Origin: an uncultured archaeon
GTDB taxonomy: Archaea > Asgardarchaeota > Thorarchaeia > Thorarchaeales > Thorarchaeaceae
Direction: 5' to 3'
Length of the DNA stretch: 64,000 nt
Assembly (NCBI GenBank): GCA_964610875.1
Contig: CAZSWP010000001.1
Span: 32,001 to 96,000 of the forward strand
The notes under the pieces are model-generated. The model did no database searches. It saw only the letters and a list, made by a program, of their open reading frames with translations, and was not told where the DNA came from. Positions 20,381 through 30,764 of this stretch are shown here, one piece after another (the stretch's first letter is position 1; every line of letters begins with the position of its first letter). The position numbers and the translations under genes are program-made.

Positions 20381-20800
20381 TCATTCACCAATCATTACAA
20401 TCTCCACATTCCTACTTCGAGGCCTGTTATCGAAATCAACAAATGTAACCTGTTGCCAAGTACCTAGTTTCAATTTTCCATCGATAATAGGGATTGTCAT
20501 GTCTGGACCAATGATAGATGCACGTATATGTGAGTGTCCATTTCCATCACCCCACCGCAGATGATGCTCATAGACTGCATCCTTAGGTGCAAACCTTTCC
20601 ATTGCTTCTGGGAAATCTTTTAGCAATCCTCCTTCATATTCTATCGTAATTAGAGAAGCAGTCGAACCAGGAACAAACGCTGTACAAATTCCAGTATTCA
20701 GACCACTCTTTTGCACAACTTCTTCCAGGTCCTTGGTGATGTCAATCATATCACAATCACCCCTCGTCTTGAATGATAGAGTTGTAGTATATGTCGCCAT
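20381..20800 (-). CDS. yjbQ: YjbQ/UPF0047 family protein
   Basis: DGNGHSHIRAS, LGTWQQ and DFDNRPR motifs. Confidence 0.92.
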   Translation of the reverse strand: MATYTTTLSFKTRGDCDMIDITKDLEEVVQKSGLNTGICTAFVPGSTASLITIEYEGGLLKDFPEAMERFAPKDAVYEHHLRWGDGNGHSHIRASIIGPDMTIPIIDGKLKLGTWQQVTFVDFDNRPRSRNVEIVMIGE

Positions 20801-20861
20801 TTTAACTAAACCAACATAAGTAAGAGTTCAAACCATCCTAATCTCTTTTTTGAAGAACGAC

Positions 20862-22649
20862 CTATTCTTTGAGAAAATCTATTATCTTTCTAAGACGGTT
20901 TCTTTTGTCTGGTAGTTCTTCTTCATGCTCTTGCAAACTGAGTATAGATGCAGTATAGTTTCCTTTGACGAGAGGCCTTAGAACTGACATTACAGCAGTG
21001 CTTGCAGTAGTTGGACTTATCTTCGCGATCTCCTCCATCTTTTTCAAGGTAGAATTCATAGCACGTTTTTTTGAATTTGGATGAAACACTAAGGCTTCAA
21101 AGATGGAAAACAAATCTTCAAAGGATTCTTGATACTCCTTTGCTTCTTCAAATCCATCAGCTGCTCTTCCTAGAAGGTCGATTCCTCTATCAAGCAAGTC
21201 CCTATCACTTGTCTTTAGTGCTTCAAGTCCTGCAGTTCTAAACCAGAGTGTTGCAAGTTCCGGAATTTCCATATTCATATAATCGTCAGCCGCGGCTTCT
21301 GCTTTCTTACTCGCAGTCCCGTAGAATGCCTCCATTCGCTTTTCATCACCAAGCTTTTCTGCACAAACTGCTGCTCTGCTATAAAATCGTGAAGCATCCT
21401 CTAGAGCTCCAGATTCTGATGCCGCTTCTGCTAGTTGCACATACACCTCTATTGCTCTCTCAAGATGCTCTGTTGCTTCCATGGAATGACCTGCTTCATA
21501 AAGTACATCCGCAGCTTCCTCAAGCGCAAGAGCATGTGCTTCTTTGTTATCTTTGTCCTTTTCCTTCTTTGCTTGTGAAAGGTAGTACGTGATCACTTCT
21601 TTGAATATATCATTTGATTCGGGAATCATTCCTGATTTCTTCAAACTGATCGCTTGATGTCTGAGGTAGGTCTTTTCGGATGTATTATCATTTTCTCGTT
21701 TGGCAATAGTCGCTAGTTCAGCAAAAAGATCTCCTGCATTTTTGTATGCCCATTTTGCTTTCATTGGGCGTCCTATTTCAGTGAACATTTCTCCTGCCTT
21801 AAAAAGCAAAGGTGCTATAACTTCTGGTCTTCCCTGCATTTTCAGATAGGCTTCAGCAGCTCTAAACATGGCCTGTTTTCTTGCATTGCTCAATCTCTGA
21901 AGTTTGTATGCTTCTTGTGCTGCGTCGTAGATATTACCTGCTTTTTCAAACAGCTCTACTGATTCATACAATTCCCCAGCATCCATCATAACACGAATAG
22001 ATTCAATAGTGTCCCCAACATCCTGCATTAATTGTGCTGCTTCTGCTAGTGCATTTCCCGCAGAAAGAAAATCTCCGGAAAGGCGACTCTCTTCTGCCCA
22101 TCTATTTGCAATTTTTATGGCTCTATTGAATATCCTACTGCCTAATTCCGAGTCTCCTGCTGAATAATACAAGCTCCCAACGCGCTTGAGAATGCCCACT
22201 GCATCTTCTAGTGATCCTTCTTCCTCCTTTATATCAGCTAGTATCTCTAAAGCATCTGCAGCTTTAATCATGAGTTCGTCTTTTTCTTCATCACTAGCAG
22301 CAAAATCTGTAGCACGCATGTAAAAGTCTGCGGCCATCCTATATTCTGTAGCATTCTCTGCGATTTTTCCTGAATCGATGTTCAATCTAACTATCTCAGG
22401 ATGCACTTCAAGATCGCTCATCCTTAGAAGCATCACAGTAGCACTCTCCATTAATCCAAAGCATTCATCGGCTCTGTAGAGGTCTTTAGCTAAAACACCT
22501 GCCTTTTCGTACAAGTTGGCTGCTTGTCTATATAGTCCTCTGGATGCAAAACTATCAGCTACCTCAGTAAGAAGAATTCTTGCTTGATTCTTCTCATCTG
22601 CCTTCAGAAGTTCTGCAATTTCATTCAGTTTTTCTTTGTCAGAGGACAA
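20862..22649 (-). CDS. Alpha-solenoid protein with alpha-SNAP/TPR-like repeats
   Basis: Repeated A/E-rich helical units such as GLYRQAANLYEKAG, GDFLSAGNALAEAA and LFEKAGNIYDAA. Confidence 0.7.
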   Translation of the reverse strand: MSSDKEKLNEIAELLKADEKNQARILLTEVADSFASRGLYRQAANLYEKAGVLAKDLYRADECFGLMESATVMLLRMSDLEVHPEIVRLNIDSGKIAENATEYRMAADFYMRATDFAASDEEKDELMIKAADALEILADIKEEEGSLEDAVGILKRVGSLYYSAGDSELGSRIFNRAIKIANRWAEESRLSGDFLSAGNALAEAAQLMQDVGDTIESIRVMMDAGELYESVELFEKAGNIYDAAQEAYKLQRLSNARKQAMFRAAEAYLKMQGRPEVIAPLLFKAGEMFTEIGRPMKAKWAYKNAGDLFAELATIAKRENDNTSEKTYLRHQAISLKKSGMIPESNDIFKEVITYYLSQAKKEKDKDNKEAHALALEEAADVLYEAGHSMEATEHLERAIEVYVQLAEAASESGALEDASRFYSRAAVCAEKLGDEKRMEAFYGTASKKAEAAADDYMNMEIPELATLWFRTAGLEALKTSDRDLLDRGIDLLGRAADGFEEAKEYQESFEDLFSIFEALVFHPNSKKRAMNSTLKKMEEIAKISPTTASTAVMSVLRPLVKGNYTASILSLQEHEEELPDKRNRLRKIIDFLKE

Positions 22650-22805
22650 TGTGGTTCACCTGCTGAACGGTATATTCTGACTTATACATCTTTCATCGAT
22701 GGCTTTTGATACATATTGATTTTGATTACGCAGTAACATGCCCATCAGAAGATTTCATATATTAGGGAAGAGATGATAGACATGTTATCTAGGTAAGGGA
22801 GACCT

Positions 22806-23912
22806 TTGAGCGATACAAAAAAGCTTGGCCTGGGTTTGATTGGTGTCGGGAATATTGGTAGGATACATCTCATTGCAATAGCTGCTCTGATTGAATCAAA
22901 CCTGATTGACATGCGACTTGAAGCTCTTTGTGATATTGATTCAGAACAATTACAGTCTTCATCAGAATTATTTGAAATTAAGAAGACCTACGAGGATTAC
23001 AAAGAGTTAGTTAAGGACCCTCATGTGGATATTGTCTATGTATGTACTCCCACGAATCTCCATATTGATATGGTGAGAGCCGCAGCAAAAGCGGGAAAAA
23101 ATGTATTCTGCGAAAAACCTCTGGCACATAGTAGTCCTCAGGCTAGTGATCTGGTTGCTACTATAAGAGCTGCAGGTGTTAAGGCAGGGATCGGTCTTGT
23201 CCTTAGATACAATCAATTTCTCTTGTACGCGAAAAGGATACTCGAAGAAAAGGACTTTGGAAAACCTATTGTAGCGCACATTCGGGACGACCAGCACTTT
23301 CCCGTCAATTATGAATATTATAGTTACTGGCGAGGTGAGAAATCTATTGCCGGTGGAGGCACTCTCATTGAACATAGTATTCATGATGTTGATGTTCTTA
23401 GGTGGTTCTTCGGGGACATCAAGAGCGTCTTCGCAAAAGTGAGATTTGTATCAGAACGCGAGGTAGAAGACCACGCCTCTCTAGTAATGACCCATGTCGA
23501 CGGTACTATCAGTACACTTGATTCGGTGTGGCATTCTGTTGACAGACCAAATGAACGGTATATGGAATTCTTTTTTGAAAATGGTTACATCGGTATAAGA
23601 TTAGAATCCGATAAATGTCACTTGGATTATCACCTAAACGATGAATGCCCTGTAAGGATATGGGAAGAAACTGCAAATGATGCCCTATTGAATGATTTGG
23701 GTTTGAACATGAACGGGCTATCTGAGAGTGCTATAGAAGCGATTACATCTCTTGGTACACATCGTTATGGGGCTTTGAATTATGCATTTCTTAAAGCAAT
23801 AGAAGGGAACGAGATTCCATCACCAAACTTTCTTGATGCAGTTGCTGCACACAAGATTGTTGATGCTGCTTACGAATCATCCAATAAAGGACGGTCCGTA
23901 GACCCATTGTGA
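22806..23912 (+). CDS. Gfo/Idh/MocA family oxidoreductase
   Basis: GVGNIG, VFCEKPLA and GGGTLIEHSIHDVD motifs. Confidence 0.93.
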   Translation: MSDTKKLGLGLIGVGNIGRIHLIAIAALIESNLIDMRLEALCDIDSEQLQSSSELFEIKKTYEDYKELVKDPHVDIVYVCTPTNLHIDMVRAAAKAGKNVFCEKPLAHSSPQASDLVATIRAAGVKAGIGLVLRYNQFLLYAKRILEEKDFGKPIVAHIRDDQHFPVNYEYYSYWRGEKSIAGGGTLIEHSIHDVDVLRWFFGDIKSVFAKVRFVSEREVEDHASLVMTHVDGTISTLDSVWHSVDRPNERYMEFFFENGYIGIRLESDKCHLDYHLNDECPVRIWEETANDALLNDLGLNMNGLSESAIEAITSLGTHRYGALNYAFLKAIEGNEIPSPNFLDAVAAHKIVDAAYESSNKGRSVDPL

Positions 23913-23967
23913 TTCATAATAGGTCATGCTTAAGTACCCTCATAGAAAAAACCGGACCGAATGAACC

Positions 23968-25344
23968 ATGCAAGAAAAGATGATCGATCAAGTTCAACCT
24001 GATGATTATGACTGTATAATCACGGGTGCGGGAGCAGGAGGGCTGCTTACAGGTCTTGCAATGACTGCACAGGATAAGCGAGTCCTCATGATTGAGAAAT
24101 CAGACCGCCTCGGTGGCGTCTGGCATGGTTATTGGGTCGATGGCTATAGAGTAGATCAAGGTTTACACGTCATCACTAGAGTCAAACGTGGAGCTTTTGC
24201 GAAATTCTTGAGAAATCACATATCGCCTCCTCCTGAATTCATTCTTCATGAGGGATGGTATTTCCGAGTTCATGACAAAGTGGGTACAATTCCTGGGAGT
24301 ATAGGACAGACGCTTAGATGGCCTCTGACAGGACTTCGTGGAAGATTGGGCATGGCCAAGATTGGAGCCAAGATTAAGACTATGAAACTTGATGAGATGA
24401 AGAAATACAAAGACATCTCTTTTGAGGAATTCATGCATTCCAAAGGTGCTACGAATCAGGTCATGCTTGATGTCATGCAAAGCGCGATATACATGGCTGC
24501 AGGTGTTCCAATCGACCAAGCGTCAGCATACGAAGCTCTGTGTACCTTGAAAGACACAGATAAGGAATCATCAAAACTCCGTTCTGTAAAGAAACTGCTC
24601 TTTGGAATGGGTGAAGAATATGATGAAGGGTACATCATTGGAGGCATGCTATCTTTAGTTGAGAGAGTCGCTGAATCAATTAAGGGAGATTACGTTCTAA
24701 ACACTCCTGTTGATCGTTTTCTAGTCCATGACTCAATGATAAAGGGAATCCAGACATCAGGAAAAACACTGGAGCATGAACTGATAGTTAGCAACATTCC
24801 TCTTTGGGAAATGCCAAAGCTCACTCGGTCATTTCTGCCGGTTGGTAAAGATTTCTTCTCGAAATGGGGAGATATGCAAATAACAAAGGGTGTCACACTT
24901 TGGCTAGGTCTCGACAAAATAGTCTTAGGCGATAGAAAATCACGAGTCTTAGTTCATCCTAATCCCAACCGATGGATTATATCCCTGTCAAGTTTTGATC
25001 CCTCCTGTGCTCCTGAAGAAAAGGAACTGATTGCCATTGCGACGATGCGTGATGAAACAAAGACTGTAGAAGAGCAAGTTGCTATTATGAAATCAAATGG
25101 AATGGAGAAATACTATCCTGAGATATTGGAACACATTGAGATGGAGCATGTGCAGACATCATATGCTACACGAGCTGCTCTAATTCCCGGACAGACGGAC
25201 TTAGACCGTCCTGGTCCTCATACCCCCATCAAAGGACTCTATATTGTCGGTACTGATACTGCTGGTGCTGGAGTTGGTCTTCAGCAGGCAGCCAACTCAG
25301 CAGAGGGAGCAATCGCCGCCATCAAACATGACTACAACTGGTAA
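23968..25344 (+). CDS. FAD-dependent oxidoreductase, phytoene desaturase-like
   Basis: GAGAGGL...EKSDRLGG; TPIKGLYIVG. Confidence 0.82.
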   Translation: MQEKMIDQVQPDDYDCIITGAGAGGLLTGLAMTAQDKRVLMIEKSDRLGGVWHGYWVDGYRVDQGLHVITRVKRGAFAKFLRNHISPPPEFILHEGWYFRVHDKVGTIPGSIGQTLRWPLTGLRGRLGMAKIGAKIKTMKLDEMKKYKDISFEEFMHSKGATNQVMLDVMQSAIYMAAGVPIDQASAYEALCTLKDTDKESSKLRSVKKLLFGMGEEYDEGYIIGGMLSLVERVAESIKGDYVLNTPVDRFLVHDSMIKGIQTSGKTLEHELIVSNIPLWEMPKLTRSFLPVGKDFFSKWGDMQITKGVTLWLGLDKIVLGDRKSRVLVHPNPNRWIISLSSFDPSCAPEEKELIAIATMRDETKTVEEQVAIMKSNGMEKYYPEILEHIEMEHVQTSYATRAALIPGQTDLDRPGPHTPIKGLYIVGTDTAGAGVGLQQAANSAEGAIAAIKHDYNW

Positions 25345-25434
25345 GCGGGTTGTTTCCTTATGCGAAGCATTTTTACATAGGCAATGTTCGAGTTGTCTTG
25401 GCTTCCAACTAGATTTGGATAGGAGTCCACAAAG

Positions 25435-25992
25435 ATGCCGATGATTGAGATTAGATGGCATGGTCGAGGCGGCCAGGGTGGCGTGACCTCAGCCGAGCTA
25501 CTTGCAAAAGCTGCGTATCTTGATGGTTATAAAGGCGTACAAGCCTTTCCATATTTTGGAGCTGAACGTCGAGGTGCTCCTGTAAAAGCATTCACACGAA
25601 TTTCTGACAAAGAGATTAACGTAAGGAGTCAGATTTACACTCCGGATATTGTCGCTGTCCTCGATCCCGGAATTCTTGATTCAGCTGATATCAGCGAGGG
25701 ACTTGTTGAAGGCGGCAAAATAATCATAAATTCACAGAAACCATCTTCAGAGTATGATTATGGTGATGCCCATGTGTATACTTACGATGGCACTGGTATC
25801 GCATTGAAATACGGACTACTTGTTGCCGGTCTGCCTGTGGTCAATACAACTATGCTTGGTGCTTTTGCCAAGGCAACAGGACTTGTCAAACTCGAAACTG
25901 TACAAAAAGTCATCAAAGAGAAATGGCCTGGAAAGGTTGGAGAACGCAACGCTGAAGGTGCAAAAGAAGCATATGCGGACTGTAGCGATTGA
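25435..25992 (+). CDS. porC: 2-oxoacid:ferredoxin oxidoreductase gamma subunit (orphan)
   Basis: EIRWHGRGGQG, FGAERRGAPV and NTTMLGA motifs. Confidence 0.93.
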   Translation: MPMIEIRWHGRGGQGGVTSAELLAKAAYLDGYKGVQAFPYFGAERRGAPVKAFTRISDKEINVRSQIYTPDIVAVLDPGILDSADISEGLVEGGKIIINSQKPSSEYDYGDAHVYTYDGTGIALKYGLLVAGLPVVNTTMLGAFAKATGLVKLETVQKVIKEKWPGKVGERNAEGAKEAYADCSD

Positions 25993-26029
25993 AACACTCC
26001 AGCCCACAATTTTCTAAATGCTGAATTTC

Positions 26030-26812
26030 TTACCAGTCTAAATGCACATCACTGGATAACCATGCTCCTACTTGTGGCATTTGTGCTCTGAAGAAGATGA
26101 CAGCTAGCAAGAAACGCGCAAATGCTGCGATTAAGTTGAAATAGAATATTGACACAATCGAGATTAGGAAAACCAATCCGGTTATCTGAGTCAGTTCTTT
26201 ATATCCTGTGTAATCTCTGGCTTGATACACCGTGACCCCTATTACTAATCCATTAATTGCACCTATCAAACTCACTGCGAAAAGCAAGGAAATGTTTTCA
26301 GATGGTAATGAACCCGAGCTAAGAACAAGATTCATAATACCTGATGCAATCATGCTGGAAATTTGTGTAATTACCGCAAAGAGGGCAATAGTCAGTTCAT
26401 AATATCTATAGAGGCCAAATAGTCCAAAAACAGCCAGAATCCCTCCAACAGGACTTGTTGCTGAAGCGACAATATTAATCAATGCAATTAGAATCACAGA
26501 AACTCCAGACGAGGATAATTGAATTGCGATAAAACTGAACACCACAACGACCACGAGAATAAGGTTACCAATACCCCCCATTAGGAATAGGTTTCTGTTC
26601 CCGGTATCTATTGGAGTATCAATAGTTGCATAAGTTCTGCTAGTTGACTCATTTGTTGTTTCTTGCTTAGTTCCATCAACCCATGCAGAGTCAACACACA
26701 TTCTGCATGTGAGTCTTCCCTGAATAGTTTCAGCACACAAAGAACAAACTACTTTTCCACAATTAATACAAGTACCTATCGCGTCTCTATCTTCATGAAA
26801 ATAGCACTTCAT
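26030..26812 (-). CDS. Membrane protein with an N-terminal B-box-like zinc finger
   Basis: CYFH...CINC...CSLC...CRMC followed by about 5-6 TMs. Confidence 0.75.
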   Translation of the reverse strand: MKCYFHEDRDAIGTCINCGKVVCSLCAETIQGRLTCRMCVDSAWVDGTKQETTNESTSRTYATIDTPIDTGNRNLFLMGGIGNLILVVVVVFSFIAIQLSSSGVSVILIALINIVASATSPVGGILAVFGLFGLYRYYELTIALFAVITQISSMIASGIMNLVLSSGSLPSENISLLFAVSLIGAINGLVIGVTVYQARDYTGYKELTQITGLVFLISIVSIFYFNLIAAFARFLLAVIFFRAQMPQVGAWLSSDVHLDW

Positions 26813-26910
26813 TTATTTCCGTCCAATATCTATGAGTATATGGAATGAAACTCCTCTCTAAATTCCACAAGATTTTCTCTACTTGAAGGGATAAAAGGAT
26901 TTAGTGCTGT

Positions 26911-27690
26911 CTACGCGTAGATACGCTCATATCCGCGTCCTGTACCTTTCTGACCGCCCTGTCGCATTCCTTCAACTTGTTTTGCCACGCCCTCCATCTT
27001 CTCTCTTATCTTATCGCCGCTCTCTTGAAGTTCGGTCACATCCACTCCAACTTCATACATTCTGTTCAAAGCATTAAGAAGTTGTACTGCTCCTTCTGGG
27101 TCAGGAATTATAGCTACAGCTGGTGTAAGTAATGCAAACCCAATCATTGAACGACAAAGGGTTTCAGACAAGATTGAGCCTGAAATTCCTGTGATGATAC
27201 CTTTTTCTAAAATCTCCATAGTCTCATGTTCTTCAAGGTCTGCAATCTTCTCTTCTTCAGCGGCATAGAGTACTTTCCTTTTTGATGGCAGTCCCTGTAC
27301 AGGAATGCCGTCCAGTATAACGGTTTCTTTAACTCCAACTGAAGCCGCCCAGTCCAGCAAAGCTGAGCTTACTTCATACAAACCATCCTCAGCAATTGGT
27401 AGTTCAGTTGTAACAACAAGTAAATTCTTGTTACTTGACCCATAGATTCTGAATGGGTGTCGCAATCGACCATCTAAGAACACAGCTGCCGATGGTAAAT
27501 GCTTTGACCGCATATGGGCGATTTCCTCCATATTGAATTGTTCTATAATGGTATTTGCTGCGATAGTACCAACAACTCCTGCTGATGGGAAACCACACAC
27601 TAGTAACGGCTTCTTCATGTCAATTTCTTTCGTTTGTCTGATCTGAGCATCTGGTGCTCCTAGTACTTTTGCCTTGCATTCGTCTGACAT
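26911..27690 (-). CDS. PAC2 family proteasome assembly chaperone (PbaA/PbaB-like)
   Basis: GFPSAGVVGTIA and PDPEGA motifs; C-terminal HbYX-type tail I-Y-A. Confidence 0.9.
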   Translation of the reverse strand: MSDECKAKVLGAPDAQIRQTKEIDMKKPLLVCGFPSAGVVGTIAANTIIEQFNMEEIAHMRSKHLPSAAVFLDGRLRHPFRIYGSSNKNLLVVTTELPIAEDGLYEVSSALLDWAASVGVKETVILDGIPVQGLPSKRKVLYAAEEEKIADLEEHETMEILEKGIITGISGSILSETLCRSMIGFALLTPAVAIIPDPEGAVQLLNALNRMYEVGVDVTELQESGDKIREKMEGVAKQVEGMRQGGQKGTGRGYERIYA

Positions 27691-27825
27691 CTACATCATC
27701 TCTTACTATAAAGAAAGGACTAGTAGATATTAACTTTGACCAAATACTCTTTTTGAGGAGTAAATCAGATAATCCATACCATTCATAACCAGATAATGGT
27801 CTAAATTCTCTAAGGGACGATTAGA

Positions 27826-28983
27826 GTGAGATTTCGCACAAAAGACATCAGACCGCCACCTATTGTCAAGCTTGCTGAGGCTGCAAAGAGGTTCATTGGT
27901 TCTCAAGATTTCATGGACCTCGGACAAGGGGTTCCGGGTCACATTCCACCAGCCAAGGTTCTTGCATCACTGAATGAGAGAATTAAGCATCCTGTTACTC
28001 ACAGATATACCTCTGATCAAGGCCACATAGAACTACGTGAAGAGCTCTCTTTGTATCTTCGTAGAACATCAGGAATCGATGTTGACCCTCAGAAAGAATT
28101 AGCTATTACAGCCGGGGGAAATCAAGGATTTGCTGGAACAATATTGACCCTGATTGAACCGACTGCGAATATCATCATCCTTTCGCCGTATTATTTCAAT
28201 TCTGTTATGGCTGTACAGTTAGCTGGTGGTGATGTAAAAGTTGTACCTGTATCACCGACATTTCAACCTGATATAGATGTAATATCCTCAGCAGTAGATG
28301 AGAAGACAAGAGCCATTCTCATTGTGTCTCCTAATAACCCCACAGGTAGTGTATATTCAAAAGAGGTTGTTAACGCGATTGTTGATTTATGTTTGCAACA
28401 TAATCTGATGCTAATATCTGATGAAGCTTATTCAAGAATGGTCTTCAATGGTGCAATTCATTATTCCCCTAGGTCACGACGTGATGCTATTGATAATGTT
28501 GTATCAATAGGCAGTTTTTCCAAGGATTTTGGCATAAGCGGTTGGAGAGTAGGTTATGTCATCGGCAATCCAGACTTCATCAATGAGTTTCTCAAGGTCC
28601 AAGATACTGTGACCATATGCGCACCCACAGCAGGACAATTACTTGCTCTAGAGATGCTTAAGAAAGGACTTGACGCAGTTGATGATGAACTGGAGCGTCT
28701 CAGTTTACTTAGGAAACTTGCGTATCTCAGAATTAACGAGATTGATGAATTAGAAACTGTTGAAACATCGGGGACCTTCTATCTCTTTCCAAAAGTGAAA
28801 GGATGCACCGATTCAAGAAAGCTAGCTCTCGACCTTCTTGAAACTGCTAAAATACTCGTTCTTCCGGGTAGTATTTTTGGAGAGGCAGGGGAAGGACATA
28901 TTCGCCTTTCTATAGGACCCCTAACTCCAGATGCTGTGGATAAAGCATTTGATAGGCTTGAGCGATATTTCAATACATCATAG
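27826..28983 (+). CDS. Class I/II PLP aminotransferase
   Basis: PNNPTG, SDEAY and SFSKDFGISGWRVG motifs. Confidence 0.93.
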   Translation: MRFRTKDIRPPPIVKLAEAAKRFIGSQDFMDLGQGVPGHIPPAKVLASLNERIKHPVTHRYTSDQGHIELREELSLYLRRTSGIDVDPQKELAITAGGNQGFAGTILTLIEPTANIIILSPYYFNSVMAVQLAGGDVKVVPVSPTFQPDIDVISSAVDEKTRAILIVSPNNPTGSVYSKEVVNAIVDLCLQHNLMLISDEAYSRMVFNGAIHYSPRSRRDAIDNVVSIGSFSKDFGISGWRVGYVIGNPDFINEFLKVQDTVTICAPTAGQLLALEMLKKGLDAVDDELERLSLLRKLAYLRINEIDELETVETSGTFYLFPKVKGCTDSRKLALDLLETAKILVLPGSIFGEAGEGHIRLSIGPLTPDAVDKAFDRLERYFNTS

Positions 28984-30315
28984 GTCAGAATATACTATCC
29001 ATTCCCAATCAGTGACTGACTCATTCATGTATTTAGTCCATTCGTCCCCTTTTATTCTGATAAACTCATCAAGTGTTTCTTTTCCTATTGCATCTGCTAT
29101 CACTCGATCCTCTTCAAGGTGAGTGAGTGCTTCTCCAAGGTTAGCTGGGAGATTCTTTATGCCCTTCTTCTTTCTTTCTTCATCGGAAAGTCGAAATACA
29201 TCTCCATTGACAGGTTCAATAGGTGTGAGAGCTCTCTTTATTCCGTCCATTCCAGCAGCCAGTATTGCTGCAAATAACAGATAGGGATTAGCTAGGGGGT
29301 CTGGAGATCTTAACTCAATAGCTGCCTTCTGACTTGTCGTAAATAATGGGACTCGAATCAATGTGGTCCTGTTCATAAGTCCCCATGAGATGTATACAGG
29401 GGCTTCATGATGCGGTACCAACCGTTTGTAAGAGTTTACTGTTGGATTTGCAAGTGCCGTTAGTGCTGGGGCATGGTCTAGTAAACCAGCAATGAACATC
29501 TTGGCAGTGTCTGATATTCCATTTGCATCACCAAAGAGATTCTTTCCATCTTTCCAGAGTTGTAAATGACAATGCAAACCGCTCCCTGCGAGATCTACGA
29601 AGGGTTTTGGCATGAAGGTGATACCAATCTCTGCTTCTTGAGCGATTGCTTTTGCGGTATGCTTGAAGAGTAGTATCATGTCTGCCATTTTCCGGATATC
29701 CACATAATCTATCTCGATTTCCTGTTGTGCTTCACCTACTTCATGATGGACTACCCTAACTTCCATTCCCATCTCTTGGATTGCTGAAGCAATTTCAAGA
29801 AGAACCTCCATACCTGAGCTTACTGGATATGTATCTGCATATTGTGCATAGTCAAATGGTTCGCCATCTTCATCAATGAAATAGAACTCTGGTTCAACTT
29901 TTGCTCGAAGCTCCATACCTTTCTCCAGAATAGTTTCACATGCATTGTGTAGTATGCCACGGGTATCTTTGGGATAGTATGAAGTCCCGGTTTCCGACTT
30001 TTCACGAATGAAGCACATTGCTGCAGCGGTTCTTTGTAATCTATAGGGAAGTTCCACAAGGGTTGATGGATCTGGATCTAGACGTAAGTCTGATGATTCA
30101 ACTCTCGCCAAACCTAAGATTGAGCTTCCATCAATGCTAGTCCCACTCCGCATAACTGGGCTGTCAATAAGATCCTTAATGTCATCGACCGGTTTGCAGG
30201 GTACTATCATCGCTTTCAATCGGCCAAGAATATCAGTTAGTCTGAATTCGATATACCGTATACCTTCTGACACGTGCATCAACTCTACAGGGGTAAGCAA
30301 ACTGAAACATCTCAT
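28978..30315 (-). CDS. glnA: Glutamine synthetase family protein (start may be 30279)
   Basis: IDGSS, EPEF, HHEV, FMPKP, GSGLHCH, NSYKRL, NRT..IRVP and ELRSPDP motifs; a GS-like glutamylation enzyme is not excluded. Confidence 0.85.
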   Translation of the reverse strand: MRCFSLLTPVELMHVSEGIRYIEFRLTDILGRLKAMIVPCKPVDDIKDLIDSPVMRSGTSIDGSSILGLARVESSDLRLDPDPSTLVELPYRLQRTAAAMCFIREKSETGTSYYPKDTRGILHNACETILEKGMELRAKVEPEFYFIDEDGEPFDYAQYADTYPVSSGMEVLLEIASAIQEMGMEVRVVHHEVGEAQQEIEIDYVDIRKMADMILLFKHTAKAIAQEAEIGITFMPKPFVDLAGSGLHCHLQLWKDGKNLFGDANGISDTAKMFIAGLLDHAPALTALANPTVNSYKRLVPHHEAPVYISWGLMNRTTLIRVPLFTTSQKAAIELRSPDPLANPYLLFAAILAAGMDGIKRALTPIEPVNGDVFRLSDEERKKKGIKNLPANLGEALTHLEEDRVIADAIGKETLDEFIRIKGDEWTKYMNESVTDWEWIVYSDL

Positions 30316-30348
30316 CTCATATTAAAAAGCTACTCTGTTATGCAAAAA

Positions 30349-30660
30349 CTAGCCCCATAGATCCTTATACCAGTCTTCGGCTTCATCGCCGAGTTCCAGT
30401 CGTATCGATCCAGTAGCAACACTAATTTCATCATCCTCTTTTATCTCAAAATTCATCGCTGCAATTCGAATCGCTCTCTTTTCAAGGTGTACATTATTGA
30501 TATTCCTTGAATGGAGTCTGGCTACTGTTTTTCCTCCATCCATTGTGAGCATCATATCTTCATAGGAAACATCACATTTCATCTTGAACTTAGTCTTACC
30601 AAATCCGCCCATATGTATCTCGAGGTTTTCGAATTGGGCTTTTGCTTTCTCTACCTTCAT
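30349..30660 (-). CDS. Small hypothetical protein, possible PH-like fold (start reassigned to 30660)
   Basis: Beta-strand pattern ending in helix DEAEDWYKDLW. Confidence 0.55.
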   Translation of the reverse strand: MKVEKAKAQFENLEIHMGGFGKTKFKMKCDVSYEDMMLTMDGGKTVARLHSRNINNVHLEKRAIRIAAMNFEIKEDDEISVATGSIRLELGDEAEDWYKDLWG

Positions 30661-30764
30661 GTAACTCACGAGAATGAAATATCTCAATTGCCTTTTGAAT
30701 CTCATCTTTTACGAAGTAATTGATGGAAAGAGTCAATTTGATGTATGGCATATGGATTGCTGTC

